Part shown: positions 1 to 9,058 of the stretch, in pieces
How positions within the stretch are numbered: the first letter of the stretch is position 1
Layout of the letters: the number at the start of each line of letters is the position of its first letter
Origin: Acidobacteriota bacterium
GTDB lineage: Bacteria; Acidobacteriota; Vicinamibacteria; Vicinamibacterales; UBA2999
Reading direction: 5' to 3'
Length of the DNA stretch: 64,000 nt
Assembly (NCBI GenBank): GCA_003222635.1
Contig: QHWQ01000313.1
Location: 873-64,872, forward strand
Made by a program: the position numbers and the translations under genes
Notes under the pieces: generated by a model
Databases searched by the model: none
What the model saw: only the letters and a program-made list of their open reading frames with translations
Told to the model about the DNA's origin: nothing

Positions 1-730
1 CGACGACGAGCGTGTTCCCCTCCCAATGCCCCACCGAGTCGCCCTTCCACTGGCGGATGTTCGACGGGAGGTGCGGGCGGCCGTCGGTCGGGATGACGCG
101 CGTGTTGTGGTCGATCTCGTGAAGCAGCGTGACGTATCCCGGTCCCTGCACAATCTGGAGGAGGTTGCCTTCATTGGCTGCGGGGGTCATGGGAATGGCC
201 TCCTGGCCCATAAAAAGGCACTGCTCGCTCAACGTGCGTTGCTCGTAGCTGTCGAACTCGTGCCCCTTGAGCTTTGCCGCGCGTTCAGCGATTCTTGCTC
301 TCGCCTGCGGCAGCATCGGAGGGACAACGCCTTCCGGTCCCACGATGAGCGACGTCCGAGTGGACGTGTATCGAAGCTTGTTCCGGTCAAAACCGTACAG
401 TTCGAGGTCGTACCGCACGGCCTGCGGATTGGCGGCTCCAAGTTCGGCGCCTTCGATGCGCTCTCCCTGGTCCGCTTCGTGAACACGCTTCGTCAGGTCG
501 GCCAGTTCCTGGTCGGTGTAGAACTCTTTGCTGCCAAGATTTTTCGGCCTCTCGAAGGGCGTTAACGTGTTGTCGGTCCAGATGCCCTGGAGATCCGGCT
601 TGCCATCGGCGGTGCGCGGCGGCGTCCACGTTTTTCCTGCCGTCTGCCCGGCGACAGGCGTCTGCGTCGCCAGAACGATCGCGACCACAACCGCAAGCGC
701 CGCAAGGGAAGCAAGTGAGCGACGGCCCAT
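1..730 (-). CDS. Secreted conserved hypothetical protein, paralog 1 of a 5-member family (C-terminus runs off the window)
   Basis: Absent from the ORF track because it is open at the window edge. My reverse translation from ATG at 730-728 reads MGRRSLASLAALAVVVAIVLATQTPVAGQTAGKTWTPPRTADGK..., and at the window edge ...DSVGHWEGNTLVV. These are the same DGKP-xx-GIW and WEG-x-TLVVD motifs seen in the neighbouring paralogs. Confidence 0.75.
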   Translation of the reverse strand, partial: MGRRSLASLAALAVVVAIVLATQTPVAGQTAGKTWTPPRTADGKPDLQGIWTDNTLTPFERPKNLGSKEFYTDQELADLTKRVHEADQGERIEGAELGAANPQAVRYDLELYGFDRNKLRYTSTRTSLIVGPEGVVPPMLPQARARIAERAAKLKGHEFDSYEQRTLSEQCLFMGQEAIPMTPAANEGNLLQIVQGPGYVTLLHEIDHNTRVIPTDGRPHLPSNIRQWKGDSVGHWEGNTLVV

Positions 731-745
731 GGGGCCTCCTTTCAG

Positions 746-1561
746 CTAGTTGCTGGATTTCTTGCGAAGAGATCCGTACATCAACTCTTCGGCGAACTCG
801 ACGCACTTGTATTCCAGCAGCCTGGCATCCTTTTCGACGCGACGATACAACGGCATGCTGATCTTCCAGGGGCGCGAGAAGACCTTCGGATCTTCAATCG
901 TGGCTTCGTACGTCAGGGTGTCCGCGCTGCGCGGCGTGTAGCGCTCCACAACGTGCAGCGCATCGCTGTGGAAGTTGCCGGCGCGATCGAACCAGGTGTT
1001 CTCCATCAGGCTCGTCACGTCGACGACCAGCGTCTCGCCTTCCCAGCGTCCGTTGGACCATCCCATCCAGCTGTCGCCGGGAGCCTTCGTCGGCGCACCC
1101 ATGTTGATCGTGCGCACGGCCCCTGCGTACTCGTAGGCAATCAGGACGTTCTGCGGGGACTGCACGATCTGAAACGGATAGGGAAGGTAGGTCGCGCGCG
1201 GCACGCCCGGCAGATAGCACTTCGCTTCCGGATCGAGCGCCGTCCAGTTCGCCTGGTTCTGCTTCTTCTGTGCGGCGGCCGCGGGCAGATACGGGATCTC
1301 ATCGCCCTCGACCACGCTCAGCCCCGGCGGCACGGCAAACACGGCTCCGAGCGAGGCGACCGGGCCTTTGGCGGCGGCGTGGCCCTGCAGATCCCAATCG
1401 GCCGTATTGAGCGCCTGCCAGATGCCGTTCAGATTCGGTTTTCCGTCGGGGGCTCGAGGCGCACGATAAGCGGGCGCCTGAGCGGCGATGTGTGTCGCGG
1501 CAAGCAGGAGCGCTGCTACGGCAACGCCTGCGATGACCGAATCGCTAAGCCGGTTACGCAT
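746..1561 (-). CDS. Secreted conserved hypothetical protein, paralog 2
   Basis: ORF 746..1654. The likely true start is the internal Met (MRNRLSDSVIAGVAVAALLLAATHIAAQA, a signal-peptide-like sequence) at 1561. Motifs: DGKPNLNGIWQ, CYLPGVPR, PYPFQIVQSP, GRWEGETLVVDV, HVVERYT, IEDPKVFSRPW. Confidence 0.8.
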   Translation of the reverse strand: MRNRLSDSVIAGVAVAALLLAATHIAAQAPAYRAPRAPDGKPNLNGIWQALNTADWDLQGHAAAKGPVASLGAVFAVPPGLSVVEGDEIPYLPAAAAQKKQNQANWTALDPEAKCYLPGVPRATYLPYPFQIVQSPQNVLIAYEYAGAVRTINMGAPTKAPGDSWMGWSNGRWEGETLVVDVTSLMENTWFDRAGNFHSDALHVVERYTPRSADTLTYEATIEDPKVFSRPWKISMPLYRRVEKDARLLEYKCVEFAEELMYGSLRKKSSN

Positions 1562-1658
1562 TAGGACCGATCCGCGGTTATGACGGCGGCCAATCGTAGC
1601 CGCGAATCCGCGGCACGTCAATTCGAGGGGCCGGGATGCGAAGGGGACAGGCATCGAA

Positions 1659-2624
1659 TTACCGGCGGTACCAGTCGTTCAGCTTGTCGCCGGGCGGGAC
1701 TTTGCGCGTGATGTCGACGATGAGCGTGTCGCCTTCCCACCGCTTCACCAGCTGCTGCTTGCGGAGATTTCCAAACAGGAACTCTTCGACGAACTCGATG
1801 CAGCGGTACTCCATGAGCTGCGCGTTCGGTTCCAGGCGTCGATAGAGCGGCATCGCGATTTTCCACGGGCGTGTGAAGACTTTCGGATCCTCGATCGTGA
1901 CCTCGTAGTTGATGGCGTCAGGCGTGATCGGCGTGAAGCGCTCGACCAGATGCAGCGCGTCGCTGTGGAAGTTGCCAGCCCTGTCGAACCAGTTCTTGCC
2001 GTTGAAGCCGGTCACGTCCACGACGAGCGTGTCGCCCTCCCAGTGGCCGACCGAATGGCCCATGTAGGTATCGTCCGGCGGCGGCTCAACTGTGTCGAGA
2101 TGGATCGTGCGAGCGGTGCTCGAGAACTCGTACACCATCTGAATCTTGTTCGTGCTCTGGACGATCTCGAAGGGGTAGGGCATGTACATCGCGCGTGGAA
2201 TACCCGGCAGGTAGCATTTGAGCTCCGGGTCGCGATCGATCCAGTGCTCGGCATTCTCCTGCTTGATCTTCGCGGCTTCCTGCGTGTACGGAATCTGACC
2301 GTCGCCGGCAACGACGCCGACCGATCCCGGAACGCCGCCGGCCGCGCCGAGCGCGAGCACCGGCGCCGCGGGCACGCGCGCGTATGCATAGGGATAGACG
2401 CCCTGCTGCGTCACGGCGCCTGACCGCGCTTCGTGCGCCTGCAGATCCCAGTTCGCTTCGTTGAGCGCCTGCCAGATGCCGCTGAAGTTCGGCTTGCCAT
2501 CCGACGTGCGTGCGGGCCGCGCCGCCTGGCCGGCCGTACGCGTGACCGATACGGAGATGACGGCGCTCACAACCGCCGACGCGAGAGCGACGGTGACGAT
2601 CGAGCTTCTGAACCAGCGTCGCAT
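1659..2624 (-). CDS. Secreted conserved hypothetical protein, paralog 3
   Basis: ORF 1659..2624 with an N-terminal signal-like segment (MRRWFRSSIVTVALASAVVSAVISVS). Motifs: DGKPNFSGIWQ, CYLPGIPR, PYPFEIVQST, GHWEGDTLVVDV, IEDPKVFTRPW. Confidence 0.85.
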   Translation of the reverse strand: MRRWFRSSIVTVALASAVVSAVISVSVTRTAGQAARPARTSDGKPNFSGIWQALNEANWDLQAHEARSGAVTQQGVYPYAYARVPAAPVLALGAAGGVPGSVGVVAGDGQIPYTQEAAKIKQENAEHWIDRDPELKCYLPGIPRAMYMPYPFEIVQSTNKIQMVYEFSSTARTIHLDTVEPPPDDTYMGHSVGHWEGDTLVVDVTGFNGKNWFDRAGNFHSDALHLVERFTPITPDAINYEVTIEDPKVFTRPWKIAMPLYRRLEPNAQLMEYRCIEFVEEFLFGNLRKQQLVKRWEGDTLIVDITRKVPPGDKLNDWYRR

Positions 2625-2673
2625 GACGGTCTCCTTCTCGAGTGGTCCGGCTGAAGCCGGACACTACCGGGAT

Positions 2674-3912
2674 CTATCTCGCCAACGGATTGCTGTCTTC
2701 GCCGGTGTCCGCAAAGCCCAGCGCGAATCCTCCACATCCCGCGGTACACTGCGTCGCCGGATCGGGACCGCGCTTCTCGGCGAACGCGCGTTCCTCGATG
2801 CGGGCGCCCTCGAGCAGTGCCACCATCCCGTAGTTGCCCTCGTGACAGCGGGGCTCCTTGTAGATCCGGTTTGTCGCGTCGCTCTGCTTGCTGTAGTCCT
2901 GCTTGACGGTCCAGGGCCGCGTCCACGTCGACGGATCCTCGATCGTGACGGCATACTCGATCGTGTTGGCGTCGAGACGCGTCCAGCGTTCGACCAGATG
3001 CAGGTTCTCCTGCGAGCCCTGGAAGTAGGACTTGGGACTGAAATTCGTCACGTCGACCACGAGTGTCCGGCCCTCCCAGCGGCCGCGCGAATCGCCCCAC
3101 CACTGGCGGACCTGCGAGGGCAGATGCGGATTGCTGGTCACGGGGATGATGCGCTGCCATCCCTGTCCCTGGCCGGTGTCATAGAAAATCGCCACGCGCT
3201 CCGGCGACTGCACGATCTGGAGGTAGAAGCCCGTGTTGCCGCCGAAGTCGGGCAGCGCCGCCGCCATGCACCGCTCGCCGAGGCCGCGATCTTCCGGACC
3301 ATCCGCTCGATTGATCGCGCCGCCTCCAGCGCCGCCCCCGCCGGCCGCGCCGACCGTCACGTAGTAGGGAGCAACCTCGTTTCGTCTCGGCGACGGCGGC
3401 CCGTACTTCCCGCCCTCGCAGCCCGGCAGCTTGTTCTTGCACAGATCGGTGGCCTGGATAAGCGCAAGGAAGAATTCGCGCATCGCCGCCCGCTTCTTCT
3501 GCGCCTCGGGCGTGAGTGCGGGAATTCTGCCGTCCGGCGGATCCACGATCAACGACGTCCGGCGGCCCATGCGCTTATGCGTCGTGAAGACCGCGGCGTT
3601 ATAGGCGCCGCCAACATCCTGTTCGGTCCCGCGGTTGCGGCGGCTCTCGTCGGCTTCCCGCCCGATGGCGGTCGCACGCTCCTTATCGAGCTCCGCTCGT
3701 TCCTCGTCGGTGAAAAACTCCCGGTTGGCGTACTTGGCTGGCCGCTGCAGCGGCGTCTCACTGTCGCTGGTCCAGATGCCCTGGATGTCGGGCTCGCCCC
3801 ACGGCGTGGTCTGCGCCTGCGAGGCTTCGCCGGGCCGCAGCCTCGGTAGCGCGATGAGAGCCGCGACAACCACCACCACGGTGCCGATCAACACGAGAAA
3901 TCGTCTGTTCAT
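2674..3912 (-). CDS. Secreted conserved hypothetical protein, paralog 4 (longer, with an insertion)
   Basis: ORF 2674..3912. Signal/TM segment MNRRFLVLIGTVVVVVAALIAL. Motifs: EPDIQGIWT, YLQIVQSP, GRWEGRTLVVDVT, HLVERWT, IEDPSTWTRPW. It carries an extra central region of about 100 aa with a Gly-rich stretch. Confidence 0.85.
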   Translation of the reverse strand: MNRRFLVLIGTVVVVVAALIALPRLRPGEASQAQTTPWGEPDIQGIWTSDSETPLQRPAKYANREFFTDEERAELDKERATAIGREADESRRNRGTEQDVGGAYNAAVFTTHKRMGRRTSLIVDPPDGRIPALTPEAQKKRAAMREFFLALIQATDLCKNKLPGCEGGKYGPPSPRRNEVAPYYVTVGAAGGGGAGGGAINRADGPEDRGLGERCMAAALPDFGGNTGFYLQIVQSPERVAIFYDTGQGQGWQRIIPVTSNPHLPSQVRQWWGDSRGRWEGRTLVVDVTNFSPKSYFQGSQENLHLVERWTRLDANTIEYAVTIEDPSTWTRPWTVKQDYSKQSDATNRIYKEPRCHEGNYGMVALLEGARIEERAFAEKRGPDPATQCTAGCGGFALGFADTGEDSNPLAR

Positions 3913-4199
3913 CGGGGCCTCCTGAAGCGGCCCGATCCTACACCTGTCGTCCTCGAAAAGACCGTGCAGTTCGCGTTCCCCGCGAGGAGGGCGGTTTCGG
4001 CCGGTACACGCCCGCTGCCACGAGGACGATCGCTGTCACGGTGACGACGACGACGACTGAAAATCCGATTCGTGACCGGTGACATAAACCTGTTTACGCG
4101 CCCGTGTGCCTGCTGTAGGATGTGCCCGCGATAGGAAGTCTCTCCCGTTTTGTTCCTGATGGCGGGCCGCGGCGGGTTTCCTCGACGAGGTGAACGCGT

Positions 4200-4835
4200 A
4201 TGACTTTCCAGGAGCAAATCCCACTCGAACCCGGCAACAAGTCACGCCGGACGTTCATCAAGATGGTGATTGCGAGCGGCGCGGCGGTCTCCGCGTCCGC
4301 CTATCTATTCCGCGGATCCACGCTCATCGGCCAGGGTTCGCTGCCCGGCGCGGTGGAGCGCCTCATGTCGCTCAACGTCAACGGCCAGATGCGGCGCGTG
4401 GACGTGATGAAGCAGGAAACGCTCGCCATGACGCTGCGCTACAAGCTTGGCCTCACCGGCACCAAGCTCGGGTGCGACCGATCGGAGTGCGGCGCGTGCA
4501 CCGTTCTCATCGACGATGTGCCGCATTACTCCTGCTCGGTGCTCACGCACACCGTGCGCGGCAAGAGCATTCAGACCATCGAAGGTCTGGAGCGGCCGGA
4601 TGGCACCCTCCACCCGGTGCAGCAGGCGATCATTGACGAGCAGGGCTTCCAGTGCGCGTTCTGCATGTCGGGCTTCGTCATGTCCGCGGTCGGGTTCCTG
4701 AAGACCAATCCCAACCCGACGCGTGAAGAGCTCGCGCACGGCATCTCCGGCAACCTGTGCCGCTGCGCCGACTACGACAAGATCCTGCGCTCGATGATGC
4801 GCGGCGCCGCATACATGCAGAAGACGACGACGTAG
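4200..4835 (+). CDS. (2Fe-2S)-binding small subunit of a xanthine dehydrogenase/aldehyde oxidoreductase-family molybdoenzyme, with a twin-arginine signal (PaoA-like)
   Basis: Twin-arginine motif KSRRTFIKM followed by a hydrophobic stretch. Plant-type cluster motif CDRSECGAC...C and second cluster motifs QCAFCMSG and NLCRCADY. Confidence 0.9.
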   Translation: MTFQEQIPLEPGNKSRRTFIKMVIASGAAVSASAYLFRGSTLIGQGSLPGAVERLMSLNVNGQMRRVDVMKQETLAMTLRYKLGLTGTKLGCDRSECGACTVLIDDVPHYSCSVLTHTVRGKSIQTIEGLERPDGTLHPVQQAIIDEQGFQCAFCMSGFVMSAVGFLKTNPNPTREELAHGISGNLCRCADYDKILRSMMRGAAYMQKTTT

Positions 4836-4837
4836 TT

Positions 4838-4905
4838 GATTTACGAAATTACGAATTTACGAAATTACGAATTGCAATTCGTCAATTCGTAGATTCGTCA
4901 ATCGT
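4838..4905. repeat. AT-rich imperfect palindrome built from about 8-nt tandem repeats (TTACGAAW x4, then the complement AATTCGT-type x4)
   Basis: The sequence gatttacgaaattacgaatttacgaaattacgaattgcaattcgtcaattcgtagattcgtcaatcg contains a perfect 16-nt palindrome, acgaattgcaattcgt, at 4867-4882. The arms extend to about 30 bp with a few mismatches. It lies between two co-directional operon genes. Confidence 0.8.
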
Positions 4906-4918
4906 GGAGAGATGGGAC

Positions 4919-5926
4919 ATGGCCATAGTGCACGACGTAATGCCCGTCTTCGAGCTCTTTCAGCCGACGACCGTCGAAGACACGCTCGCGCTGCTCGACA
5001 CCTACGGCACCGATGCGTGGGTGCTGGCCGGCGGCCTCGACACCTTCGACTGGTTCAAGGATCGCAACAAGCGTCGCAAGGTCGTCGTCGATCTCAGCGG
5101 CGTGGACTCGCTGCGCGGCGTGAAGAAGAGCGCGGATGGCGGCCTGGAGATCGGCGCCTCCACCACGCTGACGGCCGTCGCCAGCGATCCGCTCGTCAAG
5201 CAGAACTACCGCCTGCTGTCGCAGGCCGCCGCGCTCGTCGCCTCACCTCAGATTCGCAACCAGGGCACGCTTGGCGGCAATGTCTCGCAGGACACGCGCT
5301 GCTGGTACTACCGCTCGGGGTGGACCTGCTATCGCGCGGGCGGCAACATCTGCTACGCGGACACGCCGACGGCCATCAATCGCGAGCACGCCATCTTCGA
5401 TGCGAACCGCTGCGTCGCGGTCAACCCGTCGGATACGGCGCCGGCGCTCATCGCGCTCGATGCGCAGATGGTGATTCGCTCGTCCGATGGCGAGCGCGTC
5501 GTCAACGCGCAGGATTACTTCATCGGACCGTCGACCGACATCACGCGGATGACGGTGCTGCAACCCGGCGATCTGCTGACGGCCATCCGCATTCCGGCGG
5601 CGTGGGCGAACGCGGAGTTCTACTTCGAGAAGATACGCGAGCGCCAGGTGTGGGACTTCCCGCTGGTGAATATCGCCGCGGCGCTCAAGGTGGAAGGCGG
5701 CACCATCCGCAGCTCGCGCTTCGTCGTCAATGCCGTCGCCGCGCACCCGATGCGGCTCACGGCGGTGGAAGAGGCGGTGGCCGGCAAGCCGCGCAATGAA
5801 GAGACGGCGTCGATGGCGGGAGCGCTCGCGGTGCAGGGCGCGCGGCCGCTCCAGCACAACGGCTACAAGATTCCGCTCGTCAGAAACCTGGTGAAACGAG
5901 CCATCAGGGGAGAGGCACAGGTATGA
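4919..5926 (+). CDS. FAD-binding medium subunit of the molybdo-hydroxylase (CoxM/XdhB/PaoB-like)
   Basis: ORF 4757..5926. The upstream part of that ORF lies over the repeat element, so the likely start is MAIVHDVMP at 4919. Motifs: VLAGGLDTFDWFKDR and RNQGTLGGNVSQ. The stop overlaps the next start (ATGA at 5923-5926). Confidence 0.85.
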   Translation: MAIVHDVMPVFELFQPTTVEDTLALLDTYGTDAWVLAGGLDTFDWFKDRNKRRKVVVDLSGVDSLRGVKKSADGGLEIGASTTLTAVASDPLVKQNYRLLSQAAALVASPQIRNQGTLGGNVSQDTRCWYYRSGWTCYRAGGNICYADTPTAINREHAIFDANRCVAVNPSDTAPALIALDAQMVIRSSDGERVVNAQDYFIGPSTDITRMTVLQPGDLLTAIRIPAAWANAEFYFEKIRERQVWDFPLVNIAAALKVEGGTIRSSRFVVNAVAAHPMRLTAVEEAVAGKPRNEETASMAGALAVQGARPLQHNGYKIPLVRNLVKRAIRGEAQV

Positions 5927-6651
5927 CGAACTTCCTTGTGCAGTGGGGCATCAACCCCTGGGGCGAGGACACGCCGATCCACGCGCACGCCGCGGCGGCG
6001 CGCGTGCCCGCGCGCGTGGCGCGGCACTCGCTGGCGGCGCGCACGTTCCACTGGATCATGGCGGCGTCGATGCTGACGCTGCTCGGCACGGCATCCGCGC
6101 CCGTGCTGGGATTCAGGTTCAACTGGGTGGAGATCCACTGGATCGCCGGCCTCCTGCTCACGGTATCGATCGTCTACCACATCATCCACGCGAGCTTCTG
6201 GCTGGACTTCTGGTCGATCTGGTTGAACAGGGAAGACGCACGCGAGGCGATCACGCGCTTCAAGCGCGCGCTCGGGCAGCACGCGCCGGCGCCGCGCAAG
6301 GCGGCGAAATATCCGTGGGACAACAAGATGTATCACACGGCGATCGTGCTGTCGGCGCTCGCCACGGTGCCGACCGGGTTGCTGATGATGAGCCGCGTGC
6401 AGACACCATTCTTCACGCGCAACCCGTACCTCTTCGGCGACGCGACGTGGGGCGTCATGTACGTGCTCCACGGACTGTCGGGCATCGGGCTGGTGGGGCT
6501 GACCATGGCGCACATCTACTTCGCGATCCGGCCCGAGAAGCAGTGGATTACCAAAGGCATGATCTTCGGCGACATTAGCCGTCAGGATTTTCTCCAACAC
6601 CACGATCCGCAGCGCTGGATCGTGGACAGCCACGAGGTGGAGCATGGCTGA
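5923..6651 (+). CDS. Membrane cytochrome b (cytochrome b561 / Ni-Fe hydrogenase b-type cytochrome-like) subunit
   Basis: About four hydrophobic helices with conserved His residues (HWIMAASMLTLL, HWIAGLLLTVSIVYHIIH, YVLHGLSGIGLVGLTMAHIYF). It overlaps both flanking genes, which suggests translational coupling. Confidence 0.7.
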   Translation: MTNFLVQWGINPWGEDTPIHAHAAAARVPARVARHSLAARTFHWIMAASMLTLLGTASAPVLGFRFNWVEIHWIAGLLLTVSIVYHIIHASFWLDFWSIWLNREDAREAITRFKRALGQHAPAPRKAAKYPWDNKMYHTAIVLSALATVPTGLLMMSRVQTPFFTRNPYLFGDATWGVMYVLHGLSGIGLVGLTMAHIYFAIRPEKQWITKGMIFGDISRQDFLQHHDPQRWIVDSHEVEHG

Positions 6652-9030
6652 CAGCAAACTCGTCGGACAGGACTACACGACGCCGGATCTGAGGGCGAAG
6701 GTGACCGGCCGCTCGAAGTACGCGGAAGACTTCCGCGCCGAGGGGATGCTGTTCACGAAGCTCCTCCTCAGCCCGTTCCCGCACGCGCGCGTGAAGAGCG
6801 TCGATGCGAGCGCCGCGCTCGCGATGCCCGGCGTACGGGCCATCCTCACGGCCGACGAGGTGCCCGGCCCGAGGGATCAGGTGAGCGATGCCGGCGCGTT
6901 GATCAAGGCCAACCCTCGAAGCGAGAAGGCACTGACCAACGAACCGATGTATCAGGGCGAGCCGGTGCTGGCCGTCGCCGCCGTCGACGAGCTCACCGCC
7001 GCCGAAGCGATCGAACGGATCAAGATCAGGTGGGAACGTCTGCCCCACAGCGTCGATCCAGTTGCGTCGCTGCTGCCGGGCGCGTCGAATGCGCGCGTCG
7101 AAGGCAACGTCTGGATTCGGCCGACGGCGCCGCCGGGACAGCCGGTGCCGATCCCCGAAGTGATGGATTTGAAGTGGACGCAGGCGGAAGTCGAGGAATA
7201 CCGCGCGGGCCGTCTGCCGATGGGCAAGGATACCGACCCGAGCTGGTCGTACGGTGATCTCGAAGCGGGCTTCAAGAAAGCCGATCTCGTCCTCGACGAG
7301 ACGTTCGTCACGCCGAACACGAGCCATCAGTGCCTCGAGAGCCGCACGTCGATGGCGTACTGGCAGAACGGGAAGCTGTTCATCCACTTGTCGACGCAGA
7401 GCACCATTCAGACGGTGATGTCGGTGGTGCGCTGGCTGGATATGAAGCCGGAAGACGTCGTGCTGATCAGCGAGTACTGCGGCGGCGGCTACGGCAGCAA
7501 GGGCACCGGGTCCGTCACCGACATCATTCCCGCGCTGCTCGCGAAGAAGACGGGGCAGCCCGTGCAGATGCGCGTCAGCCGCGAGGAAGAACACGGCATC
7601 GGCGGCGCGCGCCCCGCGGTGCACGGCCGGATGAAGATCGGTCTCACCAAGGACGGGCGCATCACCGCGCTCGATATGTACACCGTGGTCGAAGGCGGAC
7701 CGTACGGACCGGGCAATGACGGCAACACCGCGAGCCGTTTTGCCTCTCTGCTGTTTCAACCCGAATCGATGGGTTGGCGCGGCATGACCGCCATCACCAA
7801 CACGCCGCCTCGCCGCGCGCAGAGCCAGCCGGGTGGCATGCAGGGCATCGTGCTGATGGAACCGCTGATTGCCAGGTGCGCGCGGAAGCTTGGCGTCGAT
7901 CAGGTCCAGATCCGCAAAATCAACGCGCCGTCCGGCAAGGCGAAGTTCGGTCCGGCCGACGCACGCGGCAACCGCACCTACTCGACGAGCTGTTTCGTCA
8001 AGGAAGCGCTCGACAAAGGCGCGGCGCTCTTCAAGTGGGATGAACGCAAGGCGCGCAGCGGCGTGCGCGCGGGGAACAAGGTCCGCGGCAGCGGCGTCGC
8101 CATCAGCGCGTACAACGCGGGGTCGGTCGGCTTCGACGGTCTCTTCATCATCAAGCCGGACGGGAAGATGTACATCCAGACCGGCATCGGCAACCTCGGC
8201 ACGGAGTCGTTCTCCGACTGCCAGCGCGTCGCCGCCGAGATGATGGGCGTGCCGTGGGAGAAGGTCGTTCTCACGTGGGGCGACACGTCGAGGAACCTGC
8301 CGTGGAGCTGCGTGTCAGGCGGCAGCCAGACGACGCATGCGATGACGCGCGCGGCGCACGCGGTTGCGACGGACGGGATCAAGAAGTTGCAGCAGATCGC
8401 GGCCAAAGATCTCGGTGGCCAGCCTGGGGACTACGTCGTCGCCAACGAGCGCGTTGCGCGGCGCGGTGGTGGTGCGGGGATGACGCTTGCGCATGCAGCG
8501 CAGCGCGCCATCGAGCTCGGAGGCACCTACGACGGTCATGAAGTGCCCGACGACTCGTCGCGGCGTTCGCGGAAGTCGAGGCGGACGTCGAGACGGGCGT
8601 CTATCGCATCCTGGACTACTTGTGCGTCGCCGACGTCGGCACCGTCATTCATCCGGCGTCGCTCGGCGGACAGGTGCTCGGCCGCTCGATTCTCGGCATC
8701 GGCCACGCGCTCGGCCAGCGGTGGGTGTACGACCAGGAGTACGGCGTGGCGCTGGCGCGCAGGTTCTATCAGAACAAGCCGCCGACCATTCTCGACGTGC
8801 CGGCGCACATGGCGTGGGCGGCAGTGGAGCTTCCGGATCCTGAAACCCCGGTCGGCGCGCGCGGCATCGGCGAGCCTCCGGTTGCGGCCGGCTGCTGCGC
8901 GGTGCTGAACGCGATTTCCGCCGCGGTGGGTGACGAAGTGTTCGTACGCGCGCCCGTGACGCTCGATCACATCGTCACCGCGCTCGAAACGGGAAGGGTC
9001 ACGCAGGACCGATTGACGGCGAACGTCTAA
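6644..9030 (+). pseudogene. Molybdopterin-binding large subunit (xanthine dehydrogenase family, PaoC-like), reading frame broken near 8540-8560
   Basis: ORF 6644..8908 is family-typical (KVTGRSKYAEDF, EYCGGGYGSKG, RAQSQPGGMQG) up to ...GGTYDGHEVPDD, then becomes Arg/Ser-rich nonsense. The authentic C-terminus (AAFAEVEVDVETGVYRILDYLCVADVGTVIHP...GIGEPPV...) continues in another frame, open from 8542 (track ORF 8620..9030). Confidence 0.8.
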
Positions 9031-9058
9031 CCAACACGACCACCACGAGGAGGCCTCG

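Noticed and set aside
3913-4199. Possible Moco or other riboswitch in the 288-nt leader upstream of the molybdo-hydroxylase operon
   Set aside because: I could not recognise the conserved Moco-motif elements or a convincing expression platform by eye. A covariance-model scan (Rfam RF01055) would be needed, so no call was made.
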